Source: Takakia lepidozioides (taxonomy: Eukaryota; Plantae; Bryophyta). From it: DNA of 64,000 nt. Of this stretch, positions 35,852 through 47,622 are shown in pieces (position 1 is the stretch's first letter; every line of letters starts with the position of its first letter). The notes under the pieces are model-generated. The model had not been told where the DNA came from and ran no database searches. It saw only the letters and a program-made list of their open reading frames with translations. The position numbers and the translations under genes are program-made. The stretch is from assembly GCA_030704615.1 (NCBI GenBank), contig CM060733.1, positions 76,012,001 through 76,076,000 on the forward strand. The letters are read 5' to 3'.

Positions 35852-38800
35852 TTACTCACATGAAAAGTCGTTGTCGACCTGCTTATCTTCGGGATTGTCA
35901 TCATTTCGAATTTGAATCCGATCAGTCTGTGTGCCTGAAGTGGAGCCAGACAAAAGGGGGAGGAGCACTGTGTTGTAGAGGTCAGAATCACCCTCCATGC
36001 CAAAAAGGCTTCTTCCGCCTGCCTTGCATGCATGGTAAGTTGCTCCTGCACCAGACAGGAGGACATGAACAGTTTGGTGGGGGGGATTTAAGCAGATGGA
36101 ATTGGTGAAAGAAAATCAATTCGGAAGGGAGAGAACGAACCTGTGGACACAGAAAGATCGACCACCCGTGCAGAGTGGTGGCTGCATGACTTCAGCAGTA
36201 TTTGCATGAACGCTGGGGATTTTTCCTTTGCACCTCTCCAGGGAGTGCCATCTGGTCTCTTCAGAGTCTGACTGGACTGCATGAAGTTGTACAAAATGTC
36301 ATCGACATGCAGCTCATAGGGGGGGTTGACGAAACAACCCTGGTCAGAAATCTCAAAGCTGCGGATGGAGGATGGTGTCTTTGAGGTGCGAATCCTCCGC
36401 AGGCAGATCGCCTCGAACATCCTCGTCTACCAAAGATAGCATGTTAGTGTGGTAAACACAATCTATAGTGGAAGTGTGTACATCGGCTATTCAGAACTCA
36501 GGCATAAAACAATCATTTTTATCACGAATCGGTGATGATCGGTGTCGATCATGGCAGATTCTTCTAGAGTGGAGCTGCAGAGAACATTGAAACTCATCAT
36601 GAAAGCACAAGCAGAAGGGAGACGACATACCAGCTGACTAGGGAAACCCCCTTTCACAAGGTAGAGGCTGTTCACACAATTCCATGTGCGCAAAACTTCA
36701 AACCCTAAAGACTTCAGATATGATGCCAATGCCCGACGACTATCTTTGTCACATGACTGAAAAAGCAGAAGTGTCCCTGCATCAGAGAGGAAATTATTAG
36801 AGAACCCGAACACCCAACTCCAGTAGTTGTCCTCGAATTTGTTCCAGCCTGACGTCTTGCCCTTTGGAAGAACTTATGGCACAGCCTGGCCATCCGGGAT
36901 GTCGAGAATGACAATGTCAGCCGCATATGTTTTCTGCACACCGCACACGAAGGTGGGACCTGTGCTCACCTGCAACAAACATGTTTATTTTAAGAACGAT
37001 GACAAGAATGTTTTCAAAGAACCAGACTGAAATACTGCCAATGAAACTTTCAGAGAAAAAGGAAAGAAACTGGAATTCTCACCAGATTGAGGAATGAGAT
37101 TATGTTGTCCCAGGTAGGCGAAGGCACCCCAGTGTATCCTCTCTTTCGACTCTGCATCATCGCCAGCCAACCCTCATTGACAATTTTAATCTCTCCTGCC
37201 GAATCAGAACGGGAAGGGTGTGGCTTGGCATCGAACACGCACTGAACTGTGCGGGTATATCTTCGAGCAATGAAGTCCTGCCCACTCTCCATCTCCTTTT
37301 CTTTCTCCTTCCCCTTGTCATTTTCCTTCTCTTTGGACTTGTCTTTGTCCTTTGGCTTTGCTAGTGAGATGGCTATGACATCAAGAGCTTTGTCTTTTGG
37401 TTTGCGGCCCGCCTTCTTTCCCTTCTGCGGCGTTCCCTGAGCATCAGGCTCCTTGGCAACCAATGTTGCTAAGTTTCTTTGGTACTCTTCGTTAGTCAGA
37501 GGCGCCAGCATCTCAGCATTATTGTTCAAATATTTCATATGCTGTTCTTGAAAGGTCGTGTGCTCCGGTGGGCAGTCAAGGTACCAGCCATAGTCTCTGA
37601 AGTGAGAAGGACTCCAGTCCTTCAATATCCCTGCAGTATACATGGTTGGATCGTTTGCAGGGTCCGACCACATGTCAAGATAGTCTGGAATACCGCTCAG
37701 GTGATTTCCTTCCATAAGCACATATTTCGTGTATCTGTTAAACAGGAGATAAATCCCAACCCACCAAAGCGCGAAGTGGGTAAGATGCAAGTAGCACAGA
37801 ATGAAAAAAACATGGAATGAAATGGCTCTGAGAACTGCTCCAATGACCTTTCAGGACCACACGACAGCTCTGAATGTGAATGTCGTCAACGCCATTCAAA
37901 AAATTCCATTCAATGATACTGTAAATACACCCTAATCCACGTGAATGCAAACTCTCGCTTTGGAATGACACAGACATAGAAGTGAATGTCATCAACGGCA
38001 TTCACTTTGGATTTGTGAATACACTGCTAATCAAGCCTAATGATTTCTCAAAAGAGGCAAAATCATTGGATGGAAACTGAATGTCGGCAACGACATTCAG
38101 AAACTCGAGTAAGGAACCCTCCCTAAAAACTCAATGGACATTCATAACGAACATAACACTGAGGACCTCATAATAACACTGGATGTGAATGGCGTCAACG
38201 CCATTCACAAAATTCCGAACAAGGAACCAATTAATACACCCTAAGCTCCTAATCCATGTAAATTCAAACTGTCGCTGGTGAATGACACAGACATAGAATT
38301 GAATGTCGTCAACGACATTCACTTTGGATCTCTGATAACACAGCTAATCAAGCCTCAAGATTTCTCGCAAGAGGCAAAAGCAATGCAGAACAACTGAATG
38401 TCTGCATTGACATTCAGCAAACTAAAGTGAGGAACCCTCATTGTAAACTCTATGGACATTACAAAAACTTACATAACTCTGAGGACCTCTCAATAACTCT
38501 GGATGTGAATGTCGTCAACGCCATTCAGGGACATTATCAATTCTAATCAGGGACACTATAATTACACCCTAAGCTCCTAATCCAGGTGAATTCAAATTCT
38601 CGCTTAAGAATGACTTAGACAAAGAAGTGAATGTCGTCAACGACATTCAATTTGGATCTATGATTACAATCCTTATGAAGCCTAATTATTTCCCAAAAAG
38701 TGCAGTAGAGTTTCCAGTATGATATTGCACCTGTACACAACTCGCATCATGGCCCACTCTCCTCCAACCTGACTGTCAAAGTTGTTGGACCGTAAAATGT

Positions 38801-41500
38801 TACCATCTTTGGAGAATTCCCGGAAAAAACAGTATCTCCAGGTGAGACCTCTCCACTTCCTTATGTATGCCTCCAATGACATTTGGGGAGGGGAAACAAT
38901 CAAAATGTTCAAGTCCTTCAAAGTCTGATCCAGCACAATGACGACGCGCTTTTCGAGCTGCAAATTGTATATTTGTCAGTATTGCAAATAAGATACTCAT
39001 CACATAATTGAAGAAAAGAAAACGGCTTATTTGAATACACACCTGACTCCAAAATGTAGCCTTGTGGAGCCAGTTATCAAACACCAAATCACTGATTCCT
39101 TCCACCTTTGTGCCAGGCTGTATGGTGCTCTTTGGGAACTGATTCAAGTCATTTACTGTCTGATCTAACTTCCATATCTCCAGCCACCTTATTTTTGTTT
39201 GTGGGTTGACCATGGATATGGCCAGCCGGTGCAATTTCTCCTGCTGCATCTCCAGATGCACATGCTTGTCATAGTGAAATTTGATCTGCTGAAGGAACTC
39301 AGAACCAAATCCAGGATCTACTATTCTAAGCTTCTTTCCGAAGGCGGACATAAATTTGGTTCTTCGCATTTCAAACTCCTTTTTTATTGTTGCTTCCACA
39401 CCCTTTAATGTCCTTAGTTCCTCTGGTGTAGTGCGGTAATATTCGGATTTTCCCTTCTCAGCTGCCTCTGCCAGTTCTTGCTGCATTGATTCAAATAATG
39501 ATTAGCACCGAACGGACTACAAACATGTATTCGAAAAGTAAACTGAGTACAGACTCGGGCTTACCACATACATGTACTCCATAAACGCCTCTCGAGTCAA
39601 AGAATACCAAGTGCCTGCAGCTCTTCCTGTTTCGCACTTCTTGATTATATTGGGGGGGAAGTACTGTCCGAAAATCATCCAGCTTCATCAGACCAATCCT
39701 CTGAATTCGGAATAGTGTGTGGACCAAGCTTGTTGTCACATGCGATTTCTCTGTCGATCTGCAAAAACATTGGAAACATTGCATTCCTTAACACTGTTTT
39801 TTTGGGATTAACAAGACACTACAGAGGGAATGAAGTCTCTAGGATAACTTACTTGTTCACGTCGTGCATAGCTGTAAGAAGCCTAGCGATGTCGTTTCCT
39901 GGATTCAAAACCATTGCCTCCACAACAATATGCTTGTCTTTGTCTTTCGCATGGTGTTTCTGGATGTATCCCATCCATGCCAGCAATCGGTGGTTGCCGT
40001 CCCAGACGTAGAACATGTGGTTGCAGAATTGCTGGGTGTTCTTTCCCATCATGAGGCCTAACTCGAATTCCTCATTAGCATCTTTCCAGCACTCATCCCA
40101 GGTATCACTGATCTCTGGAGACACTAATGTGCTTTTCCCATTTATATCCGTCAGTGACACATAAAAAACTTGTGCACCAAGTCTGTATCCATGCACGAAA
40201 TCACTCTCCAATTTTGTTATGTCATGGGAAAGAGGTGGACGCACAATAGACATAGATATCATCCGGCACAGAGGGATGTCCAGACGTCCTCCAGATACGA
40301 GCATGTCCCTTATAACCTCCCGAGAGTTTACCTTATGGAATGACATAAGTTCTTTCACCTTGTCAAGGTAGTGCACTTCAGATTCATCTGCTTCATCGTT
40401 ATTCTCTGAGCTTTTTCCAGACTCGTCCCCATCTCCAGATCCTTTCCCCTCTGATCCTGTAGGCTTGGACCTCACAGTTTTCTGCACGATGCCATTCAAA
40501 TCTGACTGAGTAATGTGCAAATAGTGAACGGCGGTAACGACCATCACTCTGTCTCGACGAAACTCACAATGAATGGTGTGAAACAAATTCAGAACCATCT
40601 ACACAAGCAAAGCTGATCCTGCCGAATTCAAAACAAAACACTATGATTCTAGGGACACATGAACAGAAAGGTTTTGAGCAAGAGCGAACGACGTTAACGA
40701 CAATCACAAAAGACAAGGACCTGCCGGATCGGTGTTCTGCAATGACATATATGTGTAGGTGATTGGCGGCAACGACATTCAGTATAGTTTAGGGCGGACA
40801 GTAAGTGCAGATTATTCAGATTGACTCCATTGTGATGAACGTCGCAAGCATTCACTGTTTCTTGTCTATGTCGAGAGTACTTTCCAATCGATACTCTACC
40901 TGAATCTACAGTATGGTCTTCAAATTTTGATTGGCGATACCGCCTTTCCACTTCTCTATCTGTTCAACCTCAAACAAAGAAAATGCATTGCAATACATTA
41001 TGACTGAATATGCCAACCCTCATTCTCTCTTCAAACACATAGGTACATAAATCTCATGAGGAGAATCGAATGGCGTTAACAACGCTCGCAATTCAGTAGA
41101 CTTCAATCACATGTTCCTGCTAAAGAAGGGAAGAGGAAGGACTGCTTGAAAGGCAATCAGACAGACCGTATGATCTGAACAACAGTGAATGACGGTACCG
41201 TCAGTCACCCACTCATTGTACTGTAAACCCTTAACAGAGGAGTAGAAAGCAAATCACCGTTGTTTCATGGTGATGGTCGGTAGCGACAATCCTTTTCTGG
41301 GACATTCCACTCAATCTCTACGCAGATCTTCAACAATGAAATGTAAGTTAGAGAAAACTTACTGGCGCCTTCTTAGGTTTTGAAATTGGATCCCCTTCTG
41401 CAGTTTTCCTCTTCCCTCTCACATCTGCTGGAATTTCTGTCTGCTCTAGGGTTTCTGGACCTTCTCCCGGTTCAACGTTCCTCGTACTACCACTCTCCCT
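35852..41500 (-). pseudogene. Transposon-borne spliced gene: ParB/Srx-like domain fused to a beta-class N4-cytosine/N6-adenine DNA methyltransferase-like domain (~9 exons; this copy has at least one premature stop and frameshifts)
   Basis: FYVWDGNHRLLAW (DGNHR at 39987-40001); ADIVILDIPDG (DIPD at 36892-36903, motif IV-like); FLSDAGTLLLF; PWRGAKEKSPAFMQILLKSCSHHSARVVDLSVST/GATYHACKAGGRSLFGMEGDSDLY across a GT-AG intron (motifs X, I, II); order IV before I is the beta arrangement. Confidence 0.75.
37877..38649. repeat. Array of eight 22-bp palindromes (TGAATGTCG-TCAA-CGACATTCA consensus) in a ~315-bp higher-order repeat, intronic
   Basis: Starts at 37877, 37983, 38078, 38186, 38300, 38395, 38506 and 38628; spacers recur with period 3. 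Confidence 0.92.
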
Positions 41501-42241
41501 CTAAGCGCAAAAACGAAGTGACTCCCGATTTCTTGCGGGATTGCGTGCGTTGTTGCTTGTCTCTAGAAGCATCGGATTCCCTCTCGCGTGACCGTTACAC
41601 ATAGTCGTTCCCTTATTAGTGCACATGCCAGCAATTAGTGTACAGCTGTTCGTATTCAGTTATCGATGTCTGACGTGTGTCGCCCAAAATAAACGACGTG
41701 TTCTTTATTAGAACGGTTTCAATATTTAAAAATAACAACGAATCCCAGAAATCTTGGCGCACAGTCTTAGACAAATATATGTAAATGAACGAGAGTTTGA
41801 TGACAAATTTTGGGATATCATACACGGTCATCCTTGTTAGCCAACCCCACGTTCGTTTCACATTTTGAACTTTCCAGGTGCACATGATCATTGGTAGTAG
41901 TATAAAGCTACATTTACTTAATCTGCAATCCCACCCTCAAATCCTGTGGCATGCTTCCAGGAAGTCGGCTTGTTATTGTGTTTATTGATGAGGTTCTGAT
42001 TAACGGTTTAACAGCTGCTGACATTGCTCCTAGGGATACTCTGACCACTGGGCCCACAAGAAAAGTAATTAAAATGGACGGCTGCATATCTGGAAGGAAT
42101 AACAGAATATGCACAGTCGTCGTCTGAGCTTCCTCTGCCATATTCTCTGTTCATTCTTCAACTGTGTTCTGGAGACATCAGTAAACCGATTTACACTGAA
42201 GGTCTGCGATAGTAAGGTATCAACGTACGCGAGGAAGGAAG

Positions 42242-45200
42242 ATGGCTTCCTCTGAAGCGGAGTTCTTCTCTGACGACAAACCAGTGTCATTCTCCCAGGA
42301 AGTCCTTGACAATGGATTTGCAATTGTTCTGGAACATGTCTTGGCTACCCGTTTTCAGCTTCAGAATGGCTCCATCTTTTTGGAGAAAGAGGTGTACGAT
42401 TTGAAAGGGAAGTTGTTGAAATACTCTTTCCAAAACCGTGATGAGACGGCTCATGTTAACCAGTGGAGAGTGCGCCCTAGTCGATACACAGTACTTGGAG
42501 AGCCTCGGCGAAAGTCCCTTGGGTCATATGTGACGCCCGTGACTGCTGTTTCGGTCGTTGAAGACAAGAGGGAGGTGGTGGTGAAAAAAGAACAGACGTC
42601 CTCCACTCCAATCGTTGAGCTTTCGGATTCGTCCGATGACGACATAAGTGAAATTCCAAATCTAGGCCTTCCTACTGTGGTTGGAGAAGCTGATGAAGAA
42701 GAGATTTGTAGTGTCATTCCAAAACTACGGGCGATGGGAGGAATGGCTGGATTCAAAAGTGAGTTGCGAGGAATTGATTGGGAATCTTTGAAGCAGGTGC
42801 CTGTGAAGTTCTTGCCAGAGACTTTTGATGGTGATATCCTATTCGAGCTGCCTCATCCTCCGCGAGTTGGAGGTGTAACAATCATGATGCATGGAATGGA
42901 CAAGAAACACGACGGGCACCCGTGGTGTAGAACAAAAACATCCAATATTCAGAATGATGACAAGCTTGTTTTCAGGATAACAGTTTGCAATGGACACCTT
43001 AGGTGTGATAATTTGAATTGCAGACACTTTCTTCAGTCTGGGGTTCATAATCAAAGCGAATGGGAGGGTTTGGCGGAAAATCCATTTCAGCCTGGGACTG
43101 CCCCACCACCGTCAAACACTTTCGTCTGCAAATTCTGCAAACTTGTGCTATCCTGCTTGGCGCTCTGCGGAGCAAGAATGTACTATGTTGTCCACCGTTT
43201 GAAAACAATGACAAGAGCTTGTGTGCATTTTGGATTCCATAACCATCCTGTCTCGAAGGGGGATTACAGGGAGAGTGTTGAGACAGTATCGAGGTTGATT
43301 AAACAGGAGTTCGGGAGAAACCCATCCGCAACAACATCTGCAATTGCTCTTGGCGCAAGCAAGTCCTTCTTGGAAAGCCATATTTTGAGTGAAGGGGATT
43401 CTGTGGGGACTAAACTTGACGGTGCAGCATTGGACCTGGTCATGGATCATTTCTCCACTTTAAGTTCACCTAACATTTGGCATCAGATCAATGCATTAAG
43501 AATGGGCTCTGGTATCAGAGGCTACATAGACAACATTTTGGAGTTGAAACGAGTGAGCAAGTACGATTACATCCAGGACAATGTATTCCCAGGTCAAGGT
43601 GTCATCAAAGTTTTTCTTTTCAAAATGTCGACTGTTAGGGAGGGCAGTGGGGTTAGCCTCGTGAAGCGGATGCAGAAGACTGGGGACTTGCAGAACTGTT
43701 TTCTTATGTTTGATCATGTGAAACGAGTGAAGGATTGGACGACAATGGCTTGTCATGTACGATCCAGTAAACCAACGAGTTATGACAATTGCAGTTTGTG
43801 ACATGCAATCCGAGGATACAGAATCCCAGAATCTCATGTGGAATTCCCTGATACGTGTCATGGGCTGCCATCTCCAAATTTCGCAGGTTTCATGGCGGAT
43901 AGTGCTCAAGCAAATTTCAATGCTGTTCGTATTGTCTTCAGATCGGGCGACCCAAAAGTGCCAATGCGAGGAAGAGAGCGTACATGTCTATTCCATTGGA
44001 TACAATCTCTGGAAAAACATACAAAGTCGGACATCAAACCAAATATGCAGACTCAGCACCGTAAATTATGCAAATAGTACAAAGATGCTAGAACAATGAA
44101 GGAGGCGGACACTTTGTTCTAGACAATTCGTGTCTGGTGGTTCTCTTCTGGAGCTGCATCACTTGAGAGTATGAGAGCATTGGAAGATTGGCTGGTGTTT
44201 TGGCACTTCCGGTATAGACAATGGAGGAGCAGCCATGGCAGTGGTACGAGGCTTATATTTCTTGCTTTATTCATACATTTACTTTCCATTTTATTGTCTC
44301 CTCGCTTTCTTTATGTTGTTTTCTGTTCACTGTTTTGAAGTGTGGTTCTCCACTTTGCAGAACATGTCCATTGAAGAAATGGCGGACATGCCATCTTGCA
44401 ATTTGGCAGAAACTGTGCACAACGCATGGTTGCAGCAGTCTGGGAAACGAGGTCGGGATTTGTATGTGGCAACAACAGATGATTTGATACGTGCCTTGCA
44501 ACAACAAACCTGATACCGTGATTTCTTGCGAGGTGGGGTTGGTGGCAAGGGTCCGGACAAATATGAGTTGATGTTGCGTGCTGCAAACAGATCTGGGGAT
44601 CCAATCAAGATAGCATGGGCGGTGAGCATGTATGCCCAGGGAACGCCACTTGTTTCTAGAGTTCCACATCTTGAAGGGGAGGAGAGATTCGGCTCCTGTA
44701 AGAGGAAATTGAACACTCCACTTGGTTCGGATTCCGATTCGCACAGGGCAGACCGTGATAACTTCTCAAAGCCTCATGTTCCCCTGCATGACAGCTCCAT
44801 GTCCGGAACCTCCATTGTGGAGGAACCTCCAACACGACGACAAGCTCCAGCATCAAACAATGCCACTGAAATGGTGCAGGAGAAAAACAACCCCCTTGAT
44901 GTGCTTGAGTCCGCATGCCCCGACCACGTTTGGCACATAGAACGCACAAGTGTAGGGTCTCATGTGAAATGTACAGCGATCAGGGCAACTAATTTCGAGA
45001 AGTGCACTTCATCTATATCCAAAGATGGTGCCCGAACTCCTGCTCCGACTTTCACGGGTTTGATGCATCCATACGGTCAACCAGAAGCCAAAAACCACAA
45101 GTTCTGGTTCTGCGCAGATGATTGTGCCAGATGTGTGCATGGAACTGTGCGTCCTTCCGTAGTGATGAAGCCATCTCCTCCAACCGTTTGGCCCGTGAAA

Positions 45201-45746
45201 GTGGGAACACATCTCAGATTTCAGGAGATTGAAATGCTAGAGGAGGCAGACTTTTCCCTTGCGAGACAACCCCAACTCCATGCATGTACTACTACTACTG
45301 CGTCCTCCCGGGTCCCCCCGGCAAATCCTGACTTGTGGCCAACCAAACGAGATGGAAAGCTCGTTCGGCGTTTCCCTCCAACCGCTGAACACTTTGGCAA
45401 AGTGGAGTTCGCAAGAATGCTCCACGCTCGTGTTGGAAGCACCACAGAAGTACCCGATCCAGGATATGGTCGGGTATTCACAATCATCACTTCCACATCT
45501 GCTGTTCATGACATGACCTACGACATCACGGTTTTCAATTTCCCCAATTGCACATGTCCTGATTTTGTAAATATGTTATCAACCAGTTTGGGCAAGAGAG
45601 GTAAATTCATAGCCTGCAAACATTTGTATTTCATATTTTTGAAGAGGATGGTTTGCGATCCCAAACGTGACAACTTCATTCATCGGGCCACTATGAGTTT
45701 CAACGAGGTCGATACTCTATTGCAGCGGGATACAACACATGGGTAG
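42242..45746 (+). pseudogene. MULE transposase: GCM-like DNA-binding domain, DDE core, Cys-rich domain, SWIM; frameshifts near 43755 and 43860, stops at 44075 and 44511, intron ~44250-44360
   Basis: DGHPW...CNGHLRC...CKFC...HFGFHNHP; FLMFDHVKR; FMADSAQA; RTCLFHWIQS; CNLAETVHNAW; CTCPDF...CKHL. Confidence 0.88.
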
Positions 45747-47622
45747 CATCAACTATGCAATGTGGTATGTGGACGACCATGATTTGAAATGTGTAATTCA
45801 CATCAATTCGTCGGCGGTGCAATGATATGGCCTCCAACTATACGGAGTGAGCTCTGAGTGACAACTTTTAAAAGCACATTTGTCATTGCACCGTTCGAAG
45901 TCTATATGTCTTGCAGTCGCTATGCACTACAATCATCTTTTGAAGATGATCCTAACTCTCATTGTTATTTGAGGAGGGAGGAAGGTCTTCCCGTGGCAGC
46001 CTGTATGGCGCACACTTTGTGAGGATATTTTCTCGTCCTCGTAATTGTAAAAGTGAAACAAGCATTTGTAATTGCACAATGTTGGATGCTACAATTGTAG
46101 GCCTCATGGTAGTCTTGATTCTATTTAGGCAAGATTCCCTGCATTAATTCCACGGTCATTGGACCATCCTCGGTTATAGGCGGCGCATGTTAATGCTGAC
46201 GTGATAGATGACGGACAGTGCCACGTCATAATTTGTCGCCACATCAGCACGCTGACATGACGCTCACGCCACGTCAGCGTGGGTGCAGGCTCACGCCACG
46301 TCACTCCTGCGTGAGCGCACGCTCGCGCGCAACTCTCATGCCATTGCGTCGTTGGCTAGGGAGTGCCCATGGAACCTGGCACTAAGAACCACTTTTGCCC
46401 TGTCCACTATTATTTGTCGGTCAACCTAGTCTGCTGGCTGGTGCAACACCAACTACTTTTAGATCATCGAAAATGTTGGTCATTGCTCATAGCCTTAAAC
46501 GGCCACCAGGCCCAAAATGGGCTTATGGGCCTATTTAAATGTAAATTGCTTTTTCAGATCTGCTTCAATTTTCATGAAAACGAATGGCCCCTCTCGTGGA
46601 CCGCCAGAATTGGGCAACTGATTGCAATTTTGAGTTGAAAGTTGTCTCGTCATGCAACAAAGGGGTCAGATTTTGATGAAGGTAATTCTCTCTTTTTCAT
46701 GCTAAGATCCCTCACATGAGGGTGATTATGAGGGGATTTGGCGAAGTTTGACCGCACCTGGCCAAATTGGATTGTTTTTAGCTTGTTGGGTGAGGGATCC
46801 CAAGGGGATGAAGCCATACTAATCTGGCCTCAATCCCAGTTGTTCTAGTCACTCAAATCTTTAAAAATTAACCAAAAAGTGACCAATGGGCCCCACATTC
46901 AACCATGGGGCTGATTGCCCTGGAAATTGGCATGCAGGTGGAAGGTCAAGATCTTTAAGAAGTTAATTTTCTAAAAGTTACTCCAACTTTTCATTACAGG
47001 GGTCCTAGTTTTTGAAAAAGTCAAACTAAGGCACGGGGCGTTTAAGTCAAGTCTCTTGAGCACAACTTCCCAGTGATATACAGTCAGTATCCCCAATAGT
47101 GGGTCCACTATACACATTGGGTAGATGGAAAATGCCCTCTTGCCCACTATTTTGCTTGGTTCTAAGATGTGGGTGCTAACTATGCTCATTGGGTAGATGC
47201 TCGAAGGGCCCTTTGCAGTGGGGGCAAGAAGATGGAAAGACACCCAAATAACAGCAACTGCCCACAGGACTAGCACTCAGCAGCAGCTGATATATATATA
47301 TAGCACCCACGATCAATTGGGGGGGGAGAGTTGAAGGTCAGGCAACCCGACACTGTGGGAAGAGGCAATCAGCGGGGCCGACGGGAGGCTTGGAGAGGAG
47401 GGAAATAGCTCCACAGGCTGCACACACCTGTACGCATAGAAGTAGGGGGGTAACGCGTAGAAGCAGGGGGGTCGATGGGCCGGTTTTTTATATAGAGGAT
47501 GGGATGGGGCCCACCTTCCAGAAGCAGCGGTGGGCTCCCTTCTAGAAGGCTCCACCACCGCCTCCAAAGCTGATATAAGCAATACTAAGAGTGTTCTCAC
47601 TTTCTGGGCTGCAGTGCAAGGG

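Larger units (their letters stand above)
34760..46367. mobile_element. Mutator-like (MULE) DNA transposon with minimal TIRs and two divergent genes
   Basis: 9-bp direct repeat CATGGAACC at 34751-34759 and 46368-46376; short terminal inverted match TCCCTAGC/GCTAGGGA; shared subterminal GCTCACGCCACGTCA motifs near 34865 and 46262-46303; MULE transposase inside. Confidence 0.85.

Noticed and set aside
37877-38649. CRISPR array (palindromic repeats with spacers)
   Set aside because: Spacers are 73-100 bp and repeat with period 3, there are no cas genes, and the array lies in a eukaryotic intron
35852-41500. Bacterial contamination as the source of the ParB-methylase
   Set aside because: The gene has several GT-AG introns and lies inside a TSD-flanked plant transposon
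46290-46362. Helitron 3' end (hairpin plus CTAG)
   Set aside because: No Rep/helicase; the DDE transposase and 9-bp TSD fit a MULE better
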